A stretch of 64,000 nucleotides of DNA from Mesotaenium endlicherianum (Eukaryota): positions 651,546 through 715,545 of the forward strand of contig WELA01002258.1 in assembly GCA_009602735.1 (NCBI GenBank). The letters are read 5' to 3'. Every line of letters starts with the position of its first letter. Position 1 is the stretch's first letter. Below are positions 1 to 18,538 of this stretch, piece after piece. Made by a program: the position numbers and the translations under genes. Under the pieces are notes generated by a model. The model was not told the origin of the DNA and did no database searches. It saw only the letters and a list, made by a program, of their open reading frames with translations.

Positions 1-93
1 AGGGGTCAATGTGGAGTCGAGGGAGGGCCTGTAGGGAAGGACGGGGGGGAGGTGGTGCAGGGTAGGAAGCTGGGGAAGAAGGGTGTCATTAAC

Positions 94-2292
94 CTGAGTA
101 ATGACGCCGTCGGCCCAGGCAACCTTCACATACCCGCCCTCCCGCCCAATGATCTCGCCCACCCACGCCTTGTCCTGGAGGGGGGGAGGGGGGGGGGAGG
201 GGGATTTGACATTGGGGTCGCCTGGAGCACCACCAGCAGCAGCAGGAGCACCTGGCGTCGACGCGGATTCAACTCCTTCCCTCGGCTGCTCCTGACAGCT
301 GCTGCTTCCCGCGCCTGCGCAGACGCCGCCTGATGCACAGCTGGGGCGGTCCCCCTCTGCACTTGCACCTGCGCCACCTGGCACACTGCTTGCAGGCATC
401 CCAACGCCGGCTACCTGCGCCGTCGTCCAGGCTTCGAGAAACACGGCTGCAGCATGTTTGGCGGTAGCAGCAAGTTCGGCATCAGCTTCAGCGGCCGCAG
501 CAGTGGCCCCTCCGCCTTCGCCCGCGTCGACCACAACCCCGTTGACCCCGGTGTTGACTCCAGTGCTGACACCGGGGTTGACCATAGAGTAAGTCCCCGC
601 ATTGAGCCTGTTGACCTTGACCTTCTGGCCGGAGCGCGCGCCCAGGCTGAGCACAACGTCCCCCAGGCGGTAGGAGAAATCAGCATGCGCTGCCAGCTCG
701 TACACGGGGAGCGTCTCGATGGACTCCACGTCGCGCATCGGATCGCCCTCATCCTGGCCGCCCATCTCCGCCGCCCCCTCCCCCACCCCGGCCGCCGCCC
801 CCGTGCCGCCCGCCGGCCGCTTCATCCACTGCACAAGAGCGATGCGCTCGCGCGCATTCACGCTCTTTACCAGCCCCATCCTGCGCCTGCTGCTGCTGCC
901 CCCGCTGCTGTCGTTGCCACCGGCGCTGCTCGCCCCCCCACCCTCGCCCCCCTGACCCGCCTCCCCCCCTGCCCCNGTGCCCCTCTCCACGACGTACTCG
1001 TCGGGCCAGAAGTCGTGGTCCCCCATGTGCTCCACAGGCAACAGGTGGCAGGCGTCGAGGCCCTCCTCGCGCGTGCTGTCCTGCCACACGACGTCGACAC
1101 GTGTCTTCGTGCCCACGATCTGCCAGGGCAACTCGCCCATCTCCTCCGAGCGCGCCGCCCGCTTACGCTCCTTCTTGCTCTCCCGTCGCTTCTTCCCCAC
1201 CCTCCCCACCTGGAAGAGGCCCCCCAGCCCCCCCAGTCCCCCCCCCAACGGCTGGGGCGCATTTGACACACTCGGCACATTCTGCACATCCTCCTCACGT
1301 AAAATACTCGGACCGGCTGAATCAAGTGCGCTTGCATCTAAGGGCTCTTCTCTCTCACTAGTCGAGGGCCCAAATTCTTTCTCGTCGTCACGTGCCACGT
1401 CAGCAGTGGCCACCTCACCGCTTATAACTGATCTTGGAAGGATGGCCCTGTCGCCCAACTGCCACCGGGTGTATGCATAGTACTCGAGGCGCATAAGTTC
1501 GCCAGCTGGCAAGGCCTCGGGGGGCGGCTCAGACGTCCGGTGGACGGGGCACGCCCCGAGCTCTGGCTGAGTGCCAGTTGTAATCCAGTTGACGCGACAC
1601 ATGCCAGCCTCCATCTCGGCAACAGTGCCCTGCGTGCGGTTTGACTTCCATGTGCCCTTCAGCCATTGGGCGCTTCTGAAAAAGAAACCCGACGGCGCTT
1701 TGACCCTCTGACCAGGGTAGTACGGCGACTGCGAGTCGCCATCTGTCACAGTCTCATTGACAGGGTACAGGGCCTCGGGAGTGACGTCGGAGACCTTGCA
1801 CTTGGCTCCATCGTCGAACAGAATTGTTAGGTTATCGGTCACCTCAACAACTCTCCCTAGCCAGTGTCCTTTGAAGACATAATTCCCCTCCTGGAAGGGC
1901 CGCAGCATCTGCAAGCACTTGCTGTCTACGCCCTTGATTCGAACTCCTGAAGGGGACTCCAAGTCCACCGATAGATACACTTCAACAACTGTTCCAGATT
2001 GCCCCAGAGGCTCTGCAACCCTAGCTACTATATCTCCGTGCAGGAGGGAGCGATCAACAACCATCACACTCTTCAGAGGCTCGTTGGCCACGTCTCTAGC
2101 CTTGAGCCAGTACACTAGTGCATGGCCGGCAGGTACCTCAGGTTCTCGATCTTCCATGTCTTCCTCGTCTTCATCGTCGCTATCACCGGCAACTCTCGAA
2201 ACTATTCCTATTTTCTGGGGATTCTCGGCGTCGACTACGACATCCTCTGAGAAGAGCTGCACCTCATCGACAGCATATCTAGCGTTCTCCAT
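94..2292 (-). CDS. UBC23: First coding exon (733 codons) of a UBC23/UBC24(PHO2)/UBE2O-type E2-E3 hybrid ubiquitin-conjugating enzyme; gene continues past the left edge
   Basis: Manual translation from ATG at 2292: MENARYAVDEVQLFSEDVV...DRSLLHGDIVA...GHWLGRVVEVTDNLTILFDDGAKCKV...YYPGQRV...WQLGD...TRVDVVWQD...DHDFWPDEYVVE...DFSYRLGDVV...WVGQIIG...VAWADGVITQ. These are N-terminal motifs of the plant UBC23/24 family. GT donor at 93-92, followed by C-rich intron sequence. Missing from the ORF track, probably because the frame has no stop inside the window. UBC23 versus UBC24 cannot be resolved. Confidence 0.88.
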
Positions 2293-3495
2293 CGTCTCCG
2301 ATCACTTGCTCCTCGTAGGTATATAACTATGCCGTACACAGCTTGGATATATTGCGTGTATTTCAGCCTGTAGTAAAAAGCCCAAAGAGATCGTGAGGAT
2401 ACAATCACTGCTCTGGTACCCCGTCGTCTACCATGATGGTCTCTTAATGACTCCGGTCACTTTTTTAGAGGCAGACCCAAGTGTTCTTGGTACGAGTAGC
2501 TTTACTGCGCGTACAGCGACACAAGTCGAACACAGACTTCAGGTTCGTATGGCAGCTGGGTTCGAGGGGGGTAGCAGGAGGGGGGGTTCTGGAGAGTCGA
2601 CAGTCCACGACTTTTATTTTCACGTCCGACACCCAGCTTGACAGGCGCCGGTGGCCGGACGCCAAGAGCCCGGCTGATAGTCGGCCGCTACCGGCAACGC
2701 TTCGGGCTTCTGACGCGTTTGACATTGACGTCCAACGACATACGGATAACCATTTTGAGCGGGAGTCGGGGGGGCCGTATACGCCGCGCTTGGGGTCAAA
2801 CTGGGTCAAACGGTTTATTCGACAGCGAACTGAGCAAAGCAGCCCGCAGCCTTCCGAACCAGTCCCAAACCATTTCCTGTTTGAGACCAACCGAACCACC
2901 CACTGCGCTCCACCTTTCGCCCCTCTCAGCCCCTCTACATGAATTAAACTTAGCAGTATTGCTTAAGTGCCGTTCGTCATTCATGTACGGCATTGGCGAA
3001 ACTTACTTTTGCCCGTCGATCGTCTTATGAGGCGTCATATAGCGGCATATAGCGGTCAAAAAGCATGATATTTCTCCGTACTATTCAAAGACTGCTCTGG
3101 GTAGTGGGACCAGCCCTGGGCCAAAAGTCGCACTTCATGGTTATTGCCCAATTTTGCCTACCAGTCTGCTCACAGTGCCTGCCAAAAAAGAGCTGCGTAG
3201 TTCCCGAGGGTAGGTGCATCCCCATAAGTATTCTGCTTCTACTAGACGAAGTTTTGGAAGGAAGGTAACGCATGATAATGGTGCACTGATCTTGTATGGG
3301 ATGCGCATGTGGTTCTTGAGGTCTTTTTGAGGGTTTCTTTCTTTTTTGGTGGGTGGGAAAGCCTTTCAGTGCTCTGGCCCCTGAGTACCCTTATCGCAGA
3401 AGTATTTCAAGATTGACATACTGTTTCAAGCGGTAACTACGGGACCTTAGGGCTTAAGGCTTAGACATCTTCTTGGGTACTGCTTGTTATTTGTG

Positions 3496-10183
<6,688 letters not shown>

Positions 10184-13100
10184 GAGAGAGCACGGCCTGA
10201 AGATGGGCCGCCTGCCTGCATGCCTGCCTCGTCACACGCCCCAGGAGATCAGTATCTCGCGATCCCACTCTGCTGCTGCCACCTGTCCCTAGGGTGGCAG
10301 AAGCTGCCCCCTTCTCGGCCCTAGGTTGTGCCGTTTCCTCCTTGGCCCCCCAAGAATGGCTGCCGCTGCTGCGGCTACTGCGGGCGTGGCCTTCCCTGGT
10401 GCGGGCATGGGTCCCCCTCATTAGTTCCCTCCTTGTGACAGAGGGAGAGGTGTCACTTTTCCTGCCCCTCCTGCTTCGCCGCACTCCGCCAGCTGGCAGC
10501 CTTCTGTGCTGTCCCTGCGGCTCCTTCTGCGATGCACAGCCTGTCCTTTCCCCCTTGTCCAGAACACTCAGGTGTCAATTTATGGGACTCTGCTTCGTCG
10601 TATCTGAGTACTTGCCCTGTTGGCGACAAGTGGCGCGCCTGCATGTACGCCGTCTGGTATGCAGCAGCGCCTGCCACCTGGACTCTTGCGCGCAACTTCA
10701 CTCGGCGGAGGAGAGGCGTGCGCAGTGAAAGCGGTGACGGAGCTAACTCCATACGGGGCCATCCTCCATGTCTGGCGAAGGACCGTCTCGACAGCTGTCG
10801 CTCATATGCGCTTGCCACCCCCTCTAAGCTGCCACCTCGCTGCGGGTCGGGGGGCTAAGAGGGCCTGCCTGCTGTCACTTGCAGGCTCTTCTGGTGCTAT
10901 CTTGGAAGGAAAAAAGAGCTAGAGAGAGGAACAGGTTGACAAAAGTCAGGTGGATATATGTCACGTGTTTAGCTGGGCTGTCAGAAGTTGCGGTTGTCTA
11001 GGCTTGGCTTAGGATGTCTGCTGCTGCTCTGGTTCACCTAGGTTCATGTCAGGTCTTTTGGTGTCATGTCCGTGTCTGCTCTTGCTGTTTGCTGGGGTAT
11101 AGGGAGTGAGCTGGTGCGCTGTTGCGGTTTTGGTGTTCCTGGTCGTCGCATTATGTAGTAGTGCCCCCCTGCTAGTGTAGGCAAGACTAAGCGTTTGGTT
11201 GTGGTTAGTTGGTCGTATCTTTGTAGGTTCTTTTTTTGAGACACGTGTTACGTCTTGGGGTCTAGTCACAGTCTGGAGATCCTTTCGTACTTGGTTTGCT
11301 TCTGCCATTGTGATGTCTAGTGTTCAGCTCGGACGTGATTTATAATAATGTTCAAGACTGGGTACCTCTATTTGCGACTGTTGCTTGTTACCCATGCTCT
11401 TTGAATGTTGTGTTAAGATTGGGTGACACATGTTTTGCATTGCTGTTTATCTCTGTTTCTTCCAACTTAATGCCTGCACGTTGATAACAATGAGCAACCT
11501 TAGTTTTTTTAATGTGATAATTGGTAATGTCTATGAACGCCTAATCCACAATGCATGCATAGGCCTGCTAGATAACATGTTGCTGAACGTTATTGAGCAA
11601 GGCCATTGATGCTGACGCCGTGTATTTGTTACCCTTAAGATACTCTGTTTACAACACAATCCTTGAATTTTTGACCTTACCTCTGTAGTCCTTGGACATC
11701 AACCTCACACAGTAAGACTGTAAAAGGTGGTTATTTTTGTTGTTTTCCAACTCAAGTATCAACCCAATAGTGTGTGACTGCAATATTTAATATATGGAAA
11801 AATTTAATGTTTATGAAAATTTTGTTCGCACATAGATACTGGCCTGGGATTGACTCTTTTCAATATAGTAGGCGACGTTATGCCACATGTACTATGTGTA
11901 CTAAGACTATACTTAAATGAGGGCCTTGCTAAAAATCACAATCAAACAATAGCTTTTGAACCCGACACACCAGGACTAAGTTGTATATATACATATGTTC
12001 CACTCATGTCAGAATGAATTAGGCTAGTGAAGGCACTAGTATGCCTCGCATCAAAGCTTCGGGGTTAATAAGGCTACCTAGTAGCAACCACTAGCATCTA
12101 CTTGTAACGATGCATTTGCCACAATTTGCTTCAATGTGATCTTTAGGGGTTTTATTGTGGAAGGCTTTTGGTATCATGCAAGGTCTTGGCGTACGTTGCA
12201 CATAAATTTATGGTGTAAAGATAGGTGGAGAGAGACAATATAGCAGGTTATTGAGGCTTGTGACAATGGAAGTACATATGGCTTGCCCCTATAATATGTG
12301 AAACTCTTGAAAGTATGCCGTGGTATAGCACAATTGAAGTTCTAAGATCATAGTGAAAAGGTTTCTAGTTTGTTAGATTTTTGCCCAACGCCTGATATGT
12401 GCCATTGCAGCCCTCTCACCTTGAAAATGGTGCACCAACGTGCAAGTTTTTGTGGGTTTCCCACCAACTGAGTACCAAATGGTTATTATCCATATCAAAA
12501 TTCTAGGTTTCTCACATTTTCACCTCTTGTTTCACAATCCCATAAGTTGGACAGATGGGGTAATGTCTTCACACAGCTCTGGTTTCAATGGTTTTGAATT
12601 TATTGGCGCTTTTGAAACGTCTAAAGTCTCGTGACGCTTGACCATCTCATCATAAGTTGCTATTTCGCAAGTTGGCGGTACAACCACATAGTCGTCGAAA
12701 TGCTTTGTTGTGATTGGTTGAAGTTAATTCACATATTTTTTATTGTTGGGTTGCAACCTTGAAAATACTACAAAAAAAGAATAATGATTTCAAAAGTTGT
12801 GCATGTACCTATTTCTCATCAGACAATCAAATTTTGTATAGATTGTGTCAAAAGAAATGAGATCTTACTCGGCGCGTTGCATACATCAACTTTTCATTGG
12901 CATTTTGACCAACTACGTGCGATAACTACGCTATGACAACAGTCGAATTAAGAAGTAATCATGGTCCAATATAATTTGATCGTTTGTCACACATACCGAA
13001 AGTATCAATTGTAGATTGTCAAAATAACACAAATGTAAACTTGTCATGATTGATTCTTTTTGACAACTTGATCTTGACAAAACCCATGAAGAGCAACATA

Positions 13101-15930
13101 TAATACTCACATGCAACTTGCATGTGGAATATAACGGACACTTAAATTTGGTGCACGGGGTAGTTTTCGTAGCCATATTTGCACTAAAAGCTCAACACGA
13201 AGCAGACGACGACCCGTCCACCTTGTTTTCTTGTTATTTTCATAGGTATATCATTTATACACATTGGACTCACAACTTTTCTGAAGAAGACCCCATTGCC
13301 TACCTGTATATATGACCTACTCGACTAGAGGTGATATATCGTCGTGGCTATGTGCTCACATGGAAGGCATATCTTTGAAAGGACAAACCTGTAAGGTGAA
13401 TGTATGGCGGATTTGCCCTTACTCCAACCCCTTCCATTTTTGCATATATATACTATACTTCACAATTTTTACTTCTCCAATGAAAATTGGGGTTTTTGCA
13501 TGGGATGACCGCATTTTTTTTTTCATATATTGTGGTTCACATTTAGTAGCTAGTGTAGTATGAGGAGGTACATTTTAGCCACCGAAGTATAGTAGTATGA
13601 GCCGCTTGTATTTCGTTCCTTCTTTCATGTTCTTGTTCCATTTTGTGTTTGTGCAAAAACTACTTGAGGCAATTTTCGGTGATATCTATTCAGGTGATGG
13701 GTAGGGTTTCTTGTGAGAAAGAGAAGTGCGGGGAGTGTGCCCATACACACTCATGGACCCTCATCAGGGATAGAAAGTGTGCCAGAGGATTTTCCCAAGT
13801 TGCAATCACAAGGTGGGGAGACCCGGTGGCGTGTCACCCTTGCACAAGTCTCTATGTTTGATGTTGATGCGAAGGTTCTTGGTGATTAAAACGTCTCATA
13901 AGATATTCATTATTTTTGTCTCTTCCATAATTTTATCTCTATTCATTCCCATGTTCCATCTTAGTTCACATCAAAGGTTTTGTAGAAATCTCTTCGAGCA
14001 CTTTTTTTTTGGACTTCTTTTCTTGAGATGGAACATAATCGGGAAGGAAGCGATCACTAAAGTTTGTAGCATATCTATTGTTTTCAATTGGGGCAGTTAT
14101 AACTTCCGTCTCTATCGAAGTCGAACCGCTGAAAGACAACGTGACTTTCCTCGTTCTCATTTGTCCGAGTCCAATGGAGTCGCGAGACATTTTGACTGGT
14201 TCAAATTACTTGATGTGACTGATTGCACCTGAATGTGCCAGACCTTGTTCACTCACGAATTAGTCCAAGCACATTCGTCGTCCATGCACCAGGCAGCTAT
14301 TATTATTAGACGAGTACCAGTTGCATAAAAAAGCACAGACCGAAGCACAGGTATTTAAGTAAGCGACTCATATCGACTATATAGTAACGCGATGTAACGC
14401 CATGTTTTCACTGGTCATCAGCGTCAAACTGCAGAGTGGTTTCACATCACTGATAGTTCTACAGCAAGCCTTGTCGGCTTGCCCACATGAGCGATCAATC
14501 GACTATCGATTCTCGAAGCATTGTTGCTATTGCGATTCACACTTGGGAAAGGACAGAAATGCATGGTCATCATGTTGGCTGACCTTCTCGAAGAAGTGGA
14601 GGTGAGTTCCAGTTGACATCGAATCCTGATCTGTACCCGTCTGCACAGATATGCACCACAATCAATAGCAAACTTCCTTCGTTTTCGACCTTCCACGTGG
14701 ACAATTGGTCCATTTTTTGAAAGCATGGGATGAAACACGAGAAAAAACTCATGAAACTCCGCTATCATTTCTACGCTCAATTAAATACGTACGTGCTCTC
14801 AGGACCTTTTAAAACCTGAACGTGTGTGAGCAGAATACTCTGGACGACAAACTTATACATTCAACAAATTAAGAATCAACTCAGTTGTGTTTTACGCGTT
14901 TCAAGCTAAAGACTTCAAATAATTGCTAAAACAAATCATATATTATCCATATAATAATTTTTCTATTGATTAGAGTGGCTTAGAGCTCTCAGGTGAGCTC
15001 CGCATCGAACACTCCTGGAACCACCTTGGAACAGTCTTGAAATAGGCCATAAAAAAGAAGGTAGAGCAAGTTAGTGCATACGCCAGCATGTACGCGTGAA
15101 CCGACGCGCTTCAGTTATCCGAAGGAGACTGTAACGCATTGAAATTCCAGTGGAGCCAACCAAAGCAAGCCAATGCCACCTGAAGCAAACCGCCATGACC
15201 GCTGGTAAATGCGGCTGGGCGGACCGCGTAAGACTGCGTATAGAGCGTGAGATTGACTTCTGGTACAGGAAAGAGGGTCACTTGGTCACACTCGATTGTC
15301 AACTGGTCAGTTGTCATGCACCGCTCGCAGCTCGACGCTCCACTGTGCTTCACTTGTAAGGTATAAATTGTATTCGTCGACGACCTTGAAATCACTACAT
15401 GCATGTGTGGTGACAAACCAAGAGTGGGAAGGGGCGAAACATAAGTCTGGAAAAACTTCGACGCAGTCGAATCTAGTGCGGCGAACTAAAGCTCGTGAGG
15501 TGAGCCAGCTGCCCTTGAAGCTACTTCACTGCCGGTAAGAGCACATGCGTCAGCCTGTCGCCGCACATTGCGTATATGCATCATCTACGCAGTTACTTGT
15601 GAGCTCTCAATTCCTGCGCGTTGTAACTCCTCCACCCAATCCTCCAGAGAAGGAATGTTAGGGATGTCATCCAAGAAAGTGCTGCTTATTACTGCTTCAG
15701 CACGTTGTCATTCAGAGCTGGTTCGCTTCAACTTTCTATGTCGGAAACATGACCGTAGTGCCTCATCAACTAGGCCACCGCGTTGAGGTGCACTCGAGCT
15801 GAGTAATACCGAGGCAACAGCTGTCGCCCCTCTTTGACATGTTGGAGCAATGCTGCGGTGATTGCATGTGCAGCTGATTGAAGGCGTCAGCTTTAACAGC
15901 TCAACAATTAAGGGCAAAAAGCCAAGAGCA

Positions 15931-18538
15931 ATGGCAAATGGGGCAGCCTCAGCGCAACTTCTCTTCCTCCTCCTTGCAGCAGGTACCACTTGCTGTGGTC
16001 CCGATCATGCATATGCAAGTGTTCAATGTTAAGCCCAGCATGGAGTCTATACTGCTAACCTGTACTAGAGCTCTGCTGTAGCACCTGCTTGCGTTTTTGT
16101 GCTGCCATTCTGTGTCTTTTTGCCCATAACCTTCAAAACTTTTCATCCCTGGCTGTCAATGTTCACAATTGTGTAAATGCTTGCAAAGTTTGAGCACTCA
16201 CGCTCATATGCTGCTACTCTGTGTCTTTGTTGCCCACAAGTCACAATCGAAGCATCTTGATGGTCCCTGGTTGTCAATCTTGTGAGTCCTTGCACAACTT
16301 CGCTGGTCACAACTACAGAGTAAGCCGTTCACATTCACGTTTACGGCATTTCTAGTGCACTTATGCACGAGTGCAAGAGTGAACGAGCGCATGAGTGCAT
16401 GTACGACTAGCTTGCTTGTCATTCCTGGCCAGCATAGAACCAGCATATACACCAGTACTTTCAAGATTTATGTGGACACGTAGTAGGAAAGGTATAGCTC
16501 CAAGGACTGTATAGTGAACCTTTACTTTGACTGTACAAGAATTCGAAAGCTCAACACCCTTCACCTGATCTTCATGTAACCTATATGCCAGATGCTTTTA
16601 CATATGCTACAATCGTACTCTGTCCTTAACGCGCGGGTGCATCTGTACGCTAGCGACACATTTGCGGTGCTGGCCGTGCGCCTCAGTATTTACATCCTGC
16701 ATTTGCACTGCGAGTGCATTGCATGCAGTTTTTGCGCAAGGACTTGCCGAGAGAGGAGCTGCCGAGACCTGCACAGATGTTCCAATCTCCTGCCACGGCG
16801 GGAAAAATAACTGTACAGGTGTGTGCTTCTTGACCAGCCCACCATCAGCATCTCGTTGCGCCTCTTGGAGCATGCATGTGACTTTGCATGTTGTGTATGC
16901 GTGTCCAGATTCTCTCAGACCGTTTTCTGTCATGTGGGACTCTCATTCTACACATGCTCCTAAGATATTTGGAGCCAAGTATCCTTATTCAAAAATCAAC
17001 AACAAGCAGTGTGTAGTCATGCAGGTATGTAAGGGTGAGTGTCACGCCAGGTATATGTGTGTGTGCGTGTGTGTGCGGAGGGGAGGGGGATGTGGGTGAG
17101 GTGGGAACAGGGGTGNNNNNNNNNNNNNNNNNNNNNNNNNNNNNNNNNNNNNNNNNNNNNNNNNNNNNNNNNNNNNNNNNNNNNNNNNNNNNNNNNNNNN
17201 NNNNNNNNNNNNNNNNNNNNNNNNNNNNNNNNNNNNNNNNNNNNNNNNNNNNNNNNNNNNNNNNNNNNNNNNNNNNNNNNNNNNNNNNNNNNNNNNNNNN
17301 NNNNNNNNNNNNNNNNNNNNNNNNNNNNNNNNNNNNNNNNNNNNNNNNNNNNNNNNNNNNNNNNNNNNNNNNNNNNNNNNNNNNNNNNNNNNNNNNNNNN
17401 NNNNNNNNNNNNNNNNNNNNNNNNNNNNNNNNNNNNNNNNNNNNNNNNNNNNNNNNNNNNNNNNNNNNNNNNNNNNNNNNNNNNNNNNNNNNNNNNNNNN
17501 NNNNNNNNNNNNNNNNNNNNNNNNNNNNNNNNNNNNNNNNNNNNNNNNNNNNNNNNNNNNNNNNNNNNNNNNNNNNNNNNNNNNNNNNNNNNNNNNNNNN
17601 NNNNNNNNNNNNNNNNNNNNNNNNNNNNNNNNNNNNNNNNNNNNNNNNNNNNNNNNNNNNNNNNNNNNNNNNNNNNNNNNNNNNNNNNNNNNNNNNNNNN
17701 NNNNNNNNNNNNNNNNNNNNNNNNNNNNNNNNNNNNNNNNNNNNNNNNNNNNNNNNNNNNNNGTGGGATTGGGGGGGGGCAAGGGGGCGGGTGTGGGTGT
17801 GTGATGCTTCTGGTGCACTATCTGCTCCAGAGAGTGCTATCGGCCTGTTCTGATGTGTTGCTACTGCTCCAGAAACAATGAATATGCCTACAATTACACA
17901 TGGTGTTTGAACTGCACGCGGCGAGCACGCCCAAGTACTGCTCCGTCCGCTGATCCAGGATCGGGGCCTCCAGCACGAGCTAATCTTCCTCCGCTCGACT
18001 TGTCACTTTTCAAGCAGGCGACTCAGTCTTCGGAAAAATCATACGTGTAGTCAGGTGATCTACAACTGGTCGCATCCAGCATAAGCTAAACCTTCTCGAA
18101 CCGACTTGTTGAGCAGGCGACTCGGCCGTCCTCCGCGTGTGCACCTCCAGCTCGCCCCTGCAGCTGGATCTCGGAGGAGGCTCAGCGGGAAAGCGCCTCG
18201 CGAAGATGAAGGCGGACACGGGAGTCGAGTCTCTCGTTGCCAAAAGCGATCCCGCTGCTGATCGGGCCGTATCTGCCCGCGCTGCCTGCGTCCCGTTCAA
18301 TGCTCCTGCGTACATGGGCACGGGCGAGTATTACGCGGGCCTAGCCGACTTCCGCGTTTACCCCAACAAGTATGTGGCCCAGTATGTGATTTTCACGCGC
18401 GACTTGTACGGCACCCAGTTCGGGATCCGGTTGACCTCGTTCTACGTGCTGCGCACGAAGTATAAGTGTTACCTGACCTCCGTGAAGGCCAACCGCAAAG
18501 GCAACAAAATATCGCTCACCGGAAGTGTTTGCTGCTAG
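15931..18538 (+). CDS. Predicted secreted Cys/Tyr-rich protein, paralog A (~187 aa, unknown family)
   Basis: Exons 15931-15982 (signal-like MANGAASAQLLFLLLAA), 16729-16818 (ETCTDVPISCHGGKNNCT), 18117-18538 (VLRVCTS...KCYLTSVKANRKGNKISLTGSVCC*). Phase-1 introns; exon total 564 nt is in frame. Same structure as paralogs B and C. Intron 2 spans an N gap, so an extra exon cannot be excluded. Confidence 0.7.
17116..17762. other. Assembly gap (N run)
   Basis: Continuous Ns; a second short gap lies at ~21009-21022. Confidence 1.

Noticed and set aside
52..2326. Many overlapping + strand and alternate-frame ORFs
   Set aside because: Shadows of the GC-rich UBC23/24 exon on the minus strand; no motifs of their own.
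11300..14300. AT-rich block with short ORFs, possible transposase relic (CLPCEH, SWIM-like)
   Set aside because: Stops in all frames and no catalytic motif or termini identified.
17035..17881. 258-280 aa ORFs
   Set aside because: Artefacts of translating through the N gap.
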